64,000 nucleotides of DNA, from NCBI RefSeq assembly GCF_036507355.1, contig NZ_AP027877.1; one strand, given 5' to 3'. The position numbers were made by a program, and so were the translations under genes. Shown here piece by piece: positions 28,876 through 39,307 of the stretch. The DNA comes from Escherichia coli (GTDB lineage: Bacteria > Pseudomonadota > Gammaproteobacteria > Enterobacterales > Enterobacteriaceae). The notes beneath the pieces are model-generated. The model had not been told where the DNA came from, did no database searches, and saw nothing but the letters and a program-made list of their open reading frames with translations. Numbering within the stretch: position 1 is the first letter of the stretch; each line of letters starts with the position of its first letter.

Positions 28876-29805
28876 ATGAAACCACTGCTGGATGTGTTGA
28901 TGATCCTCGATGCCTTAGAAAAAGAAGGCAGTTTTGCGGCGGCGTCGGCCAAACTCTACAAGACGCCGTCCGCTCTGAGTTACACCGTTCACAAGCTGGA
29001 AAGCGACCTTAATATTCAATTACTTGATCGTAGCGGTCACCGCGCTAAATTCACCCGTACCGGAAAAATGTTATTAGAGAAGGGGCGGGAAGTTCTGCAT
29101 ACCGTGCGAGAACTGGAAAAGCAGGCGATCAAACTGCATGAAGGCTGGGAAAACGAGCTGGTGATTGGCGTGGACGACACGTTTCCTTTTTCTCTGCTTG
29201 CGCCACTGATTGAAGCTTTTTATCAACATCATAGCGTGACGCGCCTGAAGTTTATCAATGGCGTACTCGGTGGTTCCTGGGATGCCCTGACTCAGGGGCG
29301 AGCGGATATTATTGTTGGCGCGATGCATGAGCCACCATCTTCCAGTGAGTTTGGTTTCTCGCGGTTGGGCGATCTGGAACAAGTCTTTGCGGTCGCGCCT
29401 CATCATCCGTTAGCCCAGGAAGAAGAACCGTTAAACCGTCGTATCATTAAACGATATCGGGCGATTGTGGTGGGGGACACTGCGCAGGCCGGCGCTTCTA
29501 CGGCCTCACAACTTCTCGACGAACAAGAAGCCATTACCGTTTTCGATTTTAAAACCAAGCTGGAGCTGCAAATTAGCGGCCTCGGCTGCGGCTATTTACC
29601 CCGTTATCTGGCGCAACGTTTTCTCGATAGTGGCGCGTTAATCGAGAAGAAAGTGGTCGCCCAAACTCTCTTTGAACCCGTCTGGATTGGCTGGAATGAA
29701 CAGACCGCAGGGCTTGCCAGCGGCTGGTGGCGGGATGAAATTTTAGCAAATAGTGCGATCGCCGGTGTTTATGCAAAATCTGATGACGGAAAATCAGCCA
29801 TTTAA
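28876..29805 (+). CDS. yeeY: LysR-family transcriptional regulator (309 aa)
   Basis: LysR HTH N-terminus plus substrate-binding domain; position. Confidence 0.85.
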   Translation: MKPLLDVLMILDALEKEGSFAAASAKLYKTPSALSYTVHKLESDLNIQLLDRSGHRAKFTRTGKMLLEKGREVLHTVRELEKQAIKLHEGWENELVIGVDDTFPFSLLAPLIEAFYQHHSVTRLKFINGVLGGSWDALTQGRADIIVGAMHEPPSSSEFGFSRLGDLEQVFAVAPHHPLAQEEEPLNRRIIKRYRAIVVGDTAQAGASTASQLLDEQEAITVFDFKTKLELQISGLGCGYLPRYLAQRFLDSGALIEKKVVAQTLFEPVWIGWNEQTAGLASGWWRDEILANSAIAGVYAKSDDGKSAI

Positions 29806-30071
29806 AGAAAAATTATTATGACAAGCCTCTCATTCTCTTGTCATTCCCCCCCCATTTAGGCACAATGCGCCGCTGTCAAAAAATGACTAAAAACCGACGT
29901 TTCATCAGCGTCGGTTATTTTTTGCTTCAAACCAATCATTCATACCAAGAGGCCGGGCTTCGTACCGGATAGATATTTACTAAAAATCGACAGTTGTTGT
30001 CGCTGAGGAATCCAAAAAAATGGGGCAATTTTTTGCTTACGCGACGGTTATCACCGTAAAGGAGAATGACC

Positions 30072-31430
30072 ATGTCGCATAACGTTACTCCAAACACCTC
30101 TCGCGTGGAATTGCGTAAAACGCTTACGTTAGTTCCGGTTGTAATGATGGGTCTTGCCTATATGCAGCCGATGACGCTGTTTGATACTTTTGGTATCGTT
30201 TCAGGCCTCACGGATGGTCATGTGCCGACAGCCTATGCGTTCGCATTGATTGCGATCCTGTTTACGGCTCTGAGCTACGGGAAGCTGGTTCGCCGCTATC
30301 CTTCTGCTGGCTCTGCATACACTTACGCCCAGAAATCCATTAGCCCGACTGTCGGCTTTATGGTGGGTTGGTCTTCTCTGCTCGACTATCTGTTCGCGCC
30401 GATGATCAACATTCTGCTGGCGAAAATCTATTTTGAAGCTCTGGTGCCTTCCATCCCATCGTGGATGTTTGTGGTGGCGCTGGTGGCCTTTATGACCGCC
30501 TTTAACCTGCGTAGTCTGAAATCCGTAGCGAACTTCAACACTGTAATCGTCGTGTTGCAGGTAGTGCTGATCGCGGTGATTCTGGGCATGGTTGTTTATG
30601 GCGTATTTGAAGGTGAAGGCGCTGGTACGCTGGCGAGCACTCGTCCATTCTGGTCTGGCGATGCGCATGTTATCCCGATGATTACCGGGGCGACAATCCT
30701 GTGCTTCTCCTTTACCGGCTTTGACGGCATCAGCAATCTGTCGGAAGAAACCAAAGATGCAGAGCGCGTGATCCCGCGTGCGATTTTCCTGACCGCGCTG
30801 ATCGGCGGCATGATCTTCATCTTTGCAACTTACTTCCTGCAGCTGTACTTCCCGGATATCTCTCGCTTTAAAGATCCGGATGCGTCACAGCCTGAAATCA
30901 TGCTGTACGTTGCGGGTAAAGCGTTCCAGGTTGGCGCGCTGATCTTCTCCACCATTACCGTACTGGCGTCCGGTATGGCGGCGCATGCAGGCGTAGCGCG
31001 TCTGATGTACGTAATGGGTCGTGACGGCGTATTCCCGAAAAGCTTCTTCGGTTATGTACACCCGAAATGGCGTACTCCGGCGATGAACATCATCCTGGTT
31101 GGCGCGATTGCCCTGCTGGCAATCAACTTCGACCTGGTAATGGCTACGGCGCTGATCAACTTTGGTGCGTTGGTGGCGTTCACCTTCGTTAACCTGTCGG
31201 TCATCTCGCAGTTCTGGATCCGTGAGAAGCGTAATAAGACGCTGAAAGATCACTTCCAGTATCTGTTCCTGCCGATGTGTGGTGCGCTGACCGTTGGTGC
31301 GCTGTGGGTTAACCTGGAAGAAAGCTCAATGGTTCTGGGTCTGATCTGGGCTGCTATCGGTCTGATTTACCTGGCTTGCGTCACCAAGAGCTTCCGTAAC
31401 CCGGTTCCGCAGTACGAAGACGTAGCATAA
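30072..31430 (+). CDS. plaP: Putrescine importer, APC family (452 aa)
   Basis: 12-TM amino acid/polyamine permease; position. Confidence 0.85.
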   Translation: MSHNVTPNTSRVELRKTLTLVPVVMMGLAYMQPMTLFDTFGIVSGLTDGHVPTAYAFALIAILFTALSYGKLVRRYPSAGSAYTYAQKSISPTVGFMVGWSSLLDYLFAPMINILLAKIYFEALVPSIPSWMFVVALVAFMTAFNLRSLKSVANFNTVIVVLQVVLIAVILGMVVYGVFEGEGAGTLASTRPFWSGDAHVIPMITGATILCFSFTGFDGISNLSEETKDAERVIPRAIFLTALIGGMIFIFATYFLQLYFPDISRFKDPDASQPEIMLYVAGKAFQVGALIFSTITVLASGMAAHAGVARLMYVMGRDGVFPKSFFGYVHPKWRTPAMNIILVGAIALLAINFDLVMATALINFGALVAFTFVNLSVISQFWIREKRNKTLKDHFQYLFLPMCGALTVGALWVNLEESSMVLGLIWAAIGLIYLACVTKSFRNPVPQYEDVA

Positions 31431-31608
31431 TCATCTTTTCTAATAATCAACCGGAGTCGAATGAATATTTGGCTCCGGTTTTTTTATTCTTTTTTATCGA
31501 AATCCTCATTAAGAACCATTTGTTCTAATTTAGAGAATTTGGTTATTGGTCTGCATTCCACCAGTCATGAATAATTTCCTCATTAACATTCATCTGGTTA
31601 ATTAATTT

Positions 31609-32667
31609 ATGTTTTCAATGATATTAAGCGGGCTAATTTGTGGTGCTCTGCTGGGATTTGTCATGCAGCGTGGGCGTTTTTGCCTGACTGGTGGTTTTCG
31701 CGATATGTATATCGCGAAAAATAATCGCATGTTTTACGCCTTGCTGATTGCAATTTCGGTACAAAGTGTGGGGGTTTTTGCGTTAATTCAGGCGGGCCTA
31801 CTGACTTACGAAGCCGGGGCGTTCCCGTGGCTTGGTACTGTTATAGGTGGGTATATCTTCGGGCTGGGAATTGTTCTGGCGGGTGGATGTGCCACCGGGA
31901 CCTGGTATCGCGCGGGTGAGGGATTGATCGGCAGTTGGATCGCGCTTTTCACTTATATGGTGATGAGTGCGGTGATGCGTTCTCCACATGCCAGTAGTTT
32001 AAATCAAACCTTGCAGCACTACAGTACTGAACATAACTCTATTGCTGAGACTTTTAATTTGTCTGTGTGGCCGTTGGTTGCCGTTTTGCTGGTGATAACG
32101 CTCTGGGTGGTGATGAAAGAGTTGAAGAAGCCAAAACTGAAAGTCGCGACCTTACCGCCGCGCCGAACCGGGATCGCTCATATTCTGTTTGAAAAACGCT
32201 GGCATCCCTTTGTCACTGCTGTACTCATCGGTTTGATTGCGCTTTTAGCCTGGCCCCTGAGTGAAGCAACCGGACGCATGTTTGGGTTAGGAATCACTTC
32301 CCCAACGGCCAATATTCTGCAATTTCTGGTCGCGGGTGACGTGAAATACATTAACTGGGGCGTTTTCCTGGTGTTAGGGATCTTCGTGGGGTCATTTATT
32401 GCAGCCAAAGCGAGCCGTGAGTTCCGCGTTCGCGCAGCTGATGCACGAACAACAGTACGTAGCGGGTTAGGTGGTGTACTGATGGGCTTCGGTGCCAGTA
32501 TTGCAGGTGGTTGCTCTATCGGTAATGGACTGGTTATGACTGCAATGATGACCTGGCAGGGCTGGATTGGCCTTGTATTTATGATTCTCGGAGTCTGGAC
32601 TGCGTCCTGGCTTGTGTATGTTCGACCGCAGCGTAAGGCGCGACTGGCAACTGCTGCGGCAAATTAA
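31609..32667 (+). CDS. yeeE: YeeE/YedE family inner membrane transporter, thiosulfate uptake type (352 aa)
   Basis: Polytopic membrane protein with paired conserved Cys-containing GGC motifs; followed by the TusA-like yeeD. Confidence 0.85.
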   Translation: MFSMILSGLICGALLGFVMQRGRFCLTGGFRDMYIAKNNRMFYALLIAISVQSVGVFALIQAGLLTYEAGAFPWLGTVIGGYIFGLGIVLAGGCATGTWYRAGEGLIGSWIALFTYMVMSAVMRSPHASSLNQTLQHYSTEHNSIAETFNLSVWPLVAVLLVITLWVVMKELKKPKLKVATLPPRRTGIAHILFEKRWHPFVTAVLIGLIALLAWPLSEATGRMFGLGITSPTANILQFLVAGDVKYINWGVFLVLGIFVGSFIAAKASREFRVRAADARTTVRSGLGGVLMGFGASIAGGCSIGNGLVMTAMMTWQGWIGLVFMILGVWTASWLVYVRPQRKARLATAAAN

Positions 32668-32680
32668 GTAAGGTGTAAAG

Positions 32681-32908
32681 ATGGCGATTAAAAAGCTGGA
32701 TGTGGTGACGCAGGTCTGTCCGTTTCCACTCATAGAAGCAAAAGCAGCACTGGCAGAAATGGCCAGCGGCGATGAGTTGGTAATTGAGTTTGATTGCACC
32801 CAGGCAACAGAAGCAATCCCACAATGGGCGGCAGAAGAAGGACATGCCATCACCGATTATCAGCAGATTGGCGATGCTGCGTGGAGCATCACCGTTCAAA
32901 AAGCCTGA
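32681..32908 (+). CDS. yeeD: TusA-like sulfurtransferase (75 aa)
   Basis: CPxP motif (VCPFPLIEAK) typical of the TusA family. Confidence 0.85.
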   Translation: MAIKKLDVVTQVCPFPLIEAKAALAEMASGDELVIEFDCTQATEAIPQWAAEEGHAITDYQQIGDAAWSITVQKA

Positions 32909-32950
32909 CCCAACATTGTCCTCCGCCGTACCAGCGGCGGAGGCTTCAAA

Positions 32951-34375
32951 TTAGACAATCTCTTCCGCGTACTGCCAAAGCGCTTTTAACAGCGCCACTT
33001 TTTCTTTATCGTCGGCATACTGCTGCGCCAGCATCTGAATCTCTTCTGCATAGCCTTGTAAAAACACGGGTGTGAATACCTGGCGGCGGTGTTCCAGCCA
33101 GCGTTGCTGCTCGGCATAATCCAGCGTCCCCGGGAAGTTGCGCGCCCGATAATTGAACAACAGCTTTTCAATCCGTTTATCGACAAAAGTGATATCCAGT
33201 GCCGGTAAATTACGTGGCTCGGTTTCCAGCACAATTTTCATTGCTGCACGATCGGCGTCACTGAAAAAGCCGTTATAAAGCTGTGCATCCACGTTATCTG
33301 AAGGCGTAAACGGTTCGGCTTCCGCGAATATCGCCACCACTTTTTCGCGCACTTGCGGATTTTCACGCAGAATTTTCAGGTTATCGAGGCAATGCTGACG
33401 ATTAATTCCCAGTCGGTCGGCATCTTCCGGGCGTAGCGTATTCGCCTGGGCCAGCACCGGACATTTATTGATATGCACCAGCTTAACCGGAACGGCGGCG
33501 TTATCGCCAAGATCGGTTTTTGCGGTATATAAACGCTCGCGCAATGTGTCGCTATCCAGTTCCAGTAATGGCGAAATGTCTCCTGCCAAATCCACCATAA
33601 TTACGGCATTGCGATTTTCAGGATGCCACGCCAGCGGTGCCACCCAGCTGGTATTGCCGCGCCATGCCCCAAACATTCCGGAAACGTGAACCAGGGGTTT
33701 CATCTGCGGAACATCAATCAACGCCATCAGTTTGTGTTTATTGCGATGGGTAAAGAGATAATCAAACAGGCGTGGCTGACGCGTTTTTACCAGCTTTGCC
33801 ATCGCAATAGTGGCGTACACATCAGCCATCGCATCGTGGGCGTTGCTATGTTCAATTCCATTCGCTTTGGTTAAATGCTCAAGGCGAAAGCTCGGTAGAC
33901 CGTCATCATTTTCAGGCCAGTTTATTCCTTCCGGGCGCAGGGCATAACAGGCACGCATAACATCAAGTAAATCCCAGCGCGAGTTATCATGCTGCCAGCT
34001 CCAGGCGTAAGGATCGTAGAAATTACGATAAAAAATGTTGCGTGTGACTTCGTCGTCGAAACGCACATTGTTGTAGCCCAGAATACAGGTCTTCGGTACG
34101 GTAAAAAGCGAGTGAATACGGGCGGTAAACGCGGCTTCGTTTTCTCCTTTCGCCCGTGCTTCCTGCGGGGTAATACCGGTAATTAATATGGCTCCAGGCT
34201 GGGGTAAATAGTCATCCGCAGGCTTGCAGTAAAAGACTTCGGGTTCGCCGATGACATTGAATTCGCTATCGGTGCGAATGGCTGCGAACTGTGCAGGGCG
34301 ATCTAACGCGGGGTGCGTGCCAAAGGTTTCGTAATCGTGAAAGAGGAAGGTAGGTTGTTTATCTGTGTCTGTCAT
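32951..34375 (-). CDS. sbcB: Exodeoxyribonuclease I (474 aa)
   Basis: DEDDh exonuclease N-terminus (FHDYETFG); position. Confidence 0.9.
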   Translation of the reverse strand: MTDTDKQPTFLFHDYETFGTHPALDRPAQFAAIRTDSEFNVIGEPEVFYCKPADDYLPQPGAILITGITPQEARAKGENEAAFTARIHSLFTVPKTCILGYNNVRFDDEVTRNIFYRNFYDPYAWSWQHDNSRWDLLDVMRACYALRPEGINWPENDDGLPSFRLEHLTKANGIEHSNAHDAMADVYATIAMAKLVKTRQPRLFDYLFTHRNKHKLMALIDVPQMKPLVHVSGMFGAWRGNTSWVAPLAWHPENRNAVIMVDLAGDISPLLELDSDTLRERLYTAKTDLGDNAAVPVKLVHINKCPVLAQANTLRPEDADRLGINRQHCLDNLKILRENPQVREKVVAIFAEAEPFTPSDNVDAQLYNGFFSDADRAAMKIVLETEPRNLPALDITFVDKRIEKLLFNYRARNFPGTLDYAEQQRWLEHRRQVFTPVFLQGYAEEIQMLAQQYADDKEKVALLKALWQYAEEIV

Positions 34376-34556
34376 TGTCTATCATTGTCCACTGTAGTTA
34401 ATTAACTGTCTGTTATAACTCGAAAAACAACCCTTTTTTCACCTGAGTATGTCTACGAACGTCAAATATAGTTGTTTACTGTGCGCTGTTGTCCATGTGA
34501 TATTGTGTACCAGATGTGTACCAAACTATTATTTCTGAGCGTACCAAATATTATTT

Positions 34557-34853
34557 ATGGCTATAAGCGACACAAAACTGCGTACTATTTATGGTAAACC
34601 ATATTCGGGCCCACAAGAAGTGGCTGATGCCGATGGCCTCAGCGTACGAATTTCACCGAAGGGGGTCATCCAGTTCCAGTACCGCTATCGCTGGCATGGC
34701 AAGCCTAATCGACTTGGGCTTGGTCGATACCCATCCCTGTCTTTGAAGGATGCCAGACAGATCACTGCTGACTTGCGAAAGCTCTATTTCTCAGGAACGG
34801 ATCCACGCACCTATTTTGAAGAGAAGGTGGAGAACTCCATGACGGTACGTTAA
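34557..34853 (+). pseudogene. Integrase N-terminal fragment (arm-binding domain only, 98 aa)
   Basis: Resembles the N-terminal arm-binding domain of P4-family integrases (SDTKLRTIYGKP...GLSVRISPKG...YRYRW); ORF stops before any catalytic domain. Confidence 0.6.
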
Positions 34854-34902
34854 TTTCTTCCGGTGTGAGCGTTGGGGAAGTCCATTCCTTGGGCGCGCGG
34901 AT

Positions 34903-35739
34903 TTGAATACTGTGGAGTTCATCAGTGAAGCACCTAAGTTTCTTATGTGTTTCAGTTCTAATTCACCTATAGACGTATGGGACACCGCTGATTTATTTAT
35001 TAGTGAATGCTCAATGTTTGCTGGAGATTTTGCGGTAAGAACACGCACAACACTTGGTGGGATGGGTGGAACAGACCAATTCGCGGGTTATCCGGTTATA
35101 ATTTCAAATAGCGTTTTTGATGCCATCAACGGTACTGCTTTTGATATGGAGAGTCTAGCTTACGCTACCATCAGCGGTAACATTATTAGTGCAGGGAGGA
35201 TAAACAATAGTCGTGGAATTAATATTAAAGGGGCAAGAAACCTAACATTTACAGGAAACACTATCACTTACTGTGGTGAGTTCGGCATGGTATTGGAAAA
35301 TGCTGAACAATGTTCTTTGTCTAATAATATATTCAACGGAAATAAGACTGGTGGGCTATCGTTGGTAAACTGTAAAGAAATATCTGTTATTGGCGGCTCT
35401 ATGGGTACGTCTTATATCAAAGGTGGGTACTACGTGCAACCACTTGGGATCACAGACCCTGCTGATAACTGTAACGGCATAACCATCAATGGCGTTTCTT
35501 TCGATAGCGATATGACAACCAAGATTTACCTTAATACATCGGAAGAGCGCAAAAACCGTATTATAGCTTGTCTAGGTGTTAATGATACTCAGACGACTTA
35601 TCAAAACCGTGGATCTACTGCGCAGCGCCCTACAGCACCAGTCAGTGGGCAGATGTATTATGATACAACGCTAGGTCTTCCAATATGGTATAACACAGTA
35701 TCATCTGAATGGAAGAGGGCGGATGGTACAAGTGTATGA
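34903..35739 (+). CDS. Phage tail fibre / tailspike fragment (beta-helix repeats), probably truncated
   Basis: Low-GC ORF with repeated NxxGxxxxG beta-helix-like segments; no credible N-terminus; directly precedes gtrC as in serotype-converting phages. Confidence 0.55.
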   Translation: MNTVEFISEAPKFLMCFSSNSPIDVWDTADLFISECSMFAGDFAVRTRTTLGGMGGTDQFAGYPVIISNSVFDAINGTAFDMESLAYATISGNIISAGRINNSRGINIKGARNLTFTGNTITYCGEFGMVLENAEQCSLSNNIFNGNKTGGLSLVNCKEISVIGGSMGTSYIKGGYYVQPLGITDPADNCNGITINGVSFDSDMTTKIYLNTSEERKNRIIACLGVNDTQTTYQNRGSTAQRPTAPVSGQMYYDTTLGLPIWYNTVSSEWKRADGTSV

Positions 35740-35770
35740 TAATGCGGGTGCTTAGCACCCGCTTATTTAA

Positions 35771-37237
35771 TTAATTGCAGTTGAATGTAATGTTTTTATC
35801 GTAAACAAAAATCTTCTTATCTCCGACGTCAATAACCTTTGATGGATTACCAATCTCTTTAATTGTTATATTTCTCATAACCTCATCATCTGTAATTATG
35901 AAATTTCCTCCGCGCTCATACCAATAGTTTTTTGACAACCATTTATTGCATGCAAGTATATTCAAACCTCGGTTTACATCAATCGGAGCAATTGATATGT
36001 CTCCATCTATACTTGCTGATGAAGCAAACCAGAAAGATGCATACCCGTTTGTGAGGTTATTCTGCCTTACAGTGTGTTTTATCTGATTTATAATATCATT
36101 AGAATTGTCTTTTTTTTCATGCATATAAATAGAACAAAAGAGAATAAATGTTGTAACAACCCCTAATGCGATGAATTTCCACCCTCTGGAGTTGTTAGAT
36201 CTGCCAATAACAACAGGTGCTAGTATAAAAAATGGAACGATATATCTTATAGTCCATTCATCTATTGGACGGTTACTTGCAAGGTATGCTGGTATCATTA
36301 TAATACAAGCTATACATATAGCCATATTGACCATGGAGGTTTTGAATATTTCCTTTACTGACATTGCAACTAATATAAGAAGTAAAATCATTACAACAAA
36401 ACAAAAAACAGAAATAAGCGCTGTAATATCAGAAGGTGGTTTGCCAAAGAAGAAAGCTCCACTGTATAGGAGGAATCCTTTTACGAATAAGTATAAATTA
36501 TTCAGGATATCATCAAATGCAACAAATGTTGGATCTGGAACGCCTGGCAAAATGTACCAGTTATGAGCTCTTGCGTACATGGTCATAATTTTTGATGCAA
36601 CATATGCAAATATAGTTGCAACTAGTATGATCAGATTTTTTTGGCTTTTGGTTTTTACTATAAAAATCACTGATGATATTGCTACTGGTGCAATAATGAG
36701 TAGCTTTATGATGTCATCACTGAAACAAGCTAGAACTAACACTAAAATATAAAGAGATAGAGAAATTAACGATCTTGTTTTGGAAAAATTGTCTAACATT
36801 ATGAAGCAAAACAACATGGATACATATGTGCCGACATGTATCACAGGTATTAATACGTTTAATACTGCAAACCCAGAAGGCAGCGCAACGCAAAATGAAA
36901 TGGCCCATAACGATGAAAGCCTTTCTTTTGAAAGATAAAATGTCATCAATGTAACCATTGAATACATAATTGCCGGTATGCAGTATGCTTGGTACTGTCC
37001 GTACCAGAATACCTTTGAAGCAAGTCCGTACCATATTATGTCTGTAAAATAGAATGATACTGTAGAGAGATACCATCCACTAAGCGTCCAATTTCCGTCC
37101 GCAATGTCCTTACCCTCAAGAAGTCCAGAAACAGCATCCGAACTTGGCAAAATCTGTTTTGAAATCGAGGCGTAGAAGAAAGTCAAGAATATAAATCCAA
37201 TGATATATATGGCTGTTTTTTTTATATTTAAAGTCAT
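35771..37237 (-). CDS. Serotype-specific O-antigen glucosyltransferase, GtrC-like (488 aa, polytopic)
   Basis: Large low-GC multi-TM protein immediately downstream of gtrB and gtrA in the same operon. Confidence 0.65.
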   Translation of the reverse strand: MTLNIKKTAIYIIGFIFLTFFYASISKQILPSSDAVSGLLEGKDIADGNWTLSGWYLSTVSFYFTDIIWYGLASKVFWYGQYQAYCIPAIMYSMVTLMTFYLSKERLSSLWAISFCVALPSGFAVLNVLIPVIHVGTYVSMLFCFIMLDNFSKTRSLISLSLYILVLVLACFSDDIIKLLIIAPVAISSVIFIVKTKSQKNLIILVATIFAYVASKIMTMYARAHNWYILPGVPDPTFVAFDDILNNLYLFVKGFLLYSGAFFFGKPPSDITALISVFCFVVMILLLILVAMSVKEIFKTSMVNMAICIACIIMIPAYLASNRPIDEWTIRYIVPFFILAPVVIGRSNNSRGWKFIALGVVTTFILFCSIYMHEKKDNSNDIINQIKHTVRQNNLTNGYASFWFASSASIDGDISIAPIDVNRGLNILACNKWLSKNYWYERGGNFIITDDEVMRNITIKEIGNPSKVIDVGDKKIFVYDKNITFNCN

Positions 37238-37238
37238 T

Positions 37239-38153
37239 TTACTTATCCTTTAGAATGTATCTTGGTCGTTGCTTAACTTCAACATAAATTCTTCCTATAT
37301 ACTCTCCAAGAACTCCTATGCCTATTAACTGAACTCCACCAAGAAACAATATTGATACAATGATAGAAGGGTAACCTGGAACACTATTTCCAAACATCAA
37401 TTTATCAGCAATCATCCATGTTCCATAAAGGAATGATAAGGTTGCCACAAACAGGCCTATATAAGTCCACATGCGCAAAGGGAAAGTAGAAAAGCTAGTG
37501 ATCCCTTCCAGCGCTAAGTTCCAGAGCTTCCATCCATTGAACTTTGTGCTTCCTGCAACGCGTTCTGCTCGCGCATATTCTACGACATCGGTTCGACCAC
37601 CAACCCAGCTCAGCACACCCTTCATAAACAGGTTTCGTTCTGGCATGAGCTTAATGTTTTCTACTACTTCGCGAGACATGAGCCGGAAGTCGCCAACATT
37701 TTCTTCTATCTTAGGGTTGCTGATTTTGTTATGAAGCTTATAGAACCACTCAGCAGATTTACGCTTCAGCCTGCTGTCAGTGGAGCGGTCAGAGCGTTTA
37801 GCCAGAACCATATCTGCACCGGCCTGCCATTTCTCTATCAAGTGAGGAATAACTTCGATAGGGTCTTGCAGATCAACGTCAATCGGGATAATTGCCTCCC
37901 CGGTAGCATGGTCCAGGCCTGCGAACAGGGCGGGTTCTTTGCCGAAGTTACGTGTGAACGACAGCGAAACAACAAGCGGGTCGGCAACAGCAAGCTCGTT
38001 GATAATTGATTCTGTAGCGTCTTTGCTGCCATCGTTTATGAAGACTATCTCGACTTCATGCTGCTGAAGCCCTTCAAATTCGCGCACGGTTTTATAAAAA
38101 ATAGGTATCGTGGCCTCTTCGTTAAAGACCGGAACGACTAAAGAAATTTTCAT
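37239..38153 (-). CDS. gtrB: Bactoprenol glucosyltransferase (GT2) GtrB (304 aa)
   Basis: GT2 N-terminal domain (VVPVFNEE...INDGSKD...DVDLQDP) and two C-terminal TM helices. Confidence 0.85.
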   Translation of the reverse strand: MKISLVVPVFNEEATIPIFYKTVREFEGLQQHEVEIVFINDGSKDATESIINELAVADPLVVSLSFTRNFGKEPALFAGLDHATGEAIIPIDVDLQDPIEVIPHLIEKWQAGADMVLAKRSDRSTDSRLKRKSAEWFYKLHNKISNPKIEENVGDFRLMSREVVENIKLMPERNLFMKGVLSWVGGRTDVVEYARAERVAGSTKFNGWKLWNLALEGITSFSTFPLRMWTYIGLFVATLSFLYGTWMIADKLMFGNSVPGYPSIIVSILFLGGVQLIGIGVLGEYIGRIYVEVKQRPRYILKDK

Positions 38154-38512
38154 TTCGCATCCCTAAAGACAATGAACTTTGAATAGACGAAACCGCACAC
38201 CAGGCTGATGGCGGAGAAGGTGATAAGAGTGACAATTGGAGGAAGTGAACATCTATCAGCAGCCCATCCAACAGTAGCACTGAGTGTTCCCATGAACCCG
38301 ACATATAACATGTAGCGCATCGTTGTAGTTGATGCTTTGAATGTGAATTTTGCATTCGCGAAGAAGCTAAAACTCACAGCCACAACAAAACCTGCGAAGT
38401 TTGCCAGAGCCTGATTGGTATGCGCGGCATAGATACAAACACCAAAAACCACCCAGTGTATAAGGGTGTTCAGCACACCAATAGAGGTGTACTTTGCAAA
38501 TAGCTTTAACAT
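38150..38512 (-). CDS. gtrA: GtrA-family flippase for UndP-glucose (120 aa)
   Basis: Small 4-TM GtrA-like protein; overlaps gtrB start by 4 nt. Confidence 0.85.
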   Translation of the reverse strand: MLKLFAKYTSIGVLNTLIHWVVFGVCIYAAHTNQALANFAGFVVAVSFSFFANAKFTFKASTTTMRYMLYVGFMGTLSATVGWAADRCSLPPIVTLITFSAISLVCGFVYSKFIVFRDAK

Positions 38513-38642
38513 TTCTTCTATCAGCTAATAATCAAAGGCATGAAGTCTATCATCCAAGTCTCAATCGATCGATACTTGCTGTAATTGCTGAGACAAAACT
38601 GAGACAAACAAAGCTTTGCACTGGTTTGCAAGTCTTTGTGTC

Positions 38643-38714
38643 ATTCGATAGTTAAGGTGGATCCCTCCACCTTTTCATCAAGCCAATCCGCCCACCACTG
38701 CATCATTTCTCTGC
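38643..38714 (-). pseudogene. Remnant of the 3' end of a P4-family integrase gene
   Basis: Minus-strand translation RREMMQWWADWLDEKVEG... parallels the C-terminus (RIEMMQWWSDYLDAN) of the intact integrase at 55789-57066; the upstream frame is closed by a stop. Confidence 0.5.
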
Positions 38715-39307
38715 GCTTAACGTAGCGGATGCCTCACTATCACACGGTGATGGTTCATTACTGCTTTGTAGAATGGATAGAGAACTGAGGATTAAAAGAT
38801 ATCCCAAAACCCCAAAATCTCATCTTTAGGATTTGCAGAAAGGGAGGCGTGAACAGATACCTGCGCATGAAGACGGAACTAGTCCAGATGTGATATTTGT
38901 GGTGATCACATACATCATCAACGATGCTCGTTATGGTGAGTTTGATGACTACCCGATGAAGTGAAAATTGTGTTGTGTACCAAATTGCGTACCAAACTAA
39001 AATTACAAATCATGAAACCCTTGTTCATGGCGGTTCTCAGGGGTGTTGCGCGTAATCGTGAAACAAAAAGGTAGATTGTTGCTTACCGTCATTCATCATT
39101 AGGTTAAATCCGTTATTTCTGCTGTCTGCCAGAGTATCAAATATCACCGTACTAATCAGCTTTAGCGCCACAATTTGGCAGCGAGTGGCAATAGATCATG
39201 TCAGATAAAAATGAGAGGGTAGTCACATTTTCTTGCACTTTATTCCAGCCAGTTCATAAGTATTTCCGTAAAAAGAACAGCTATTTGAAACTCCTGAGGG
39301 TTTGCTG

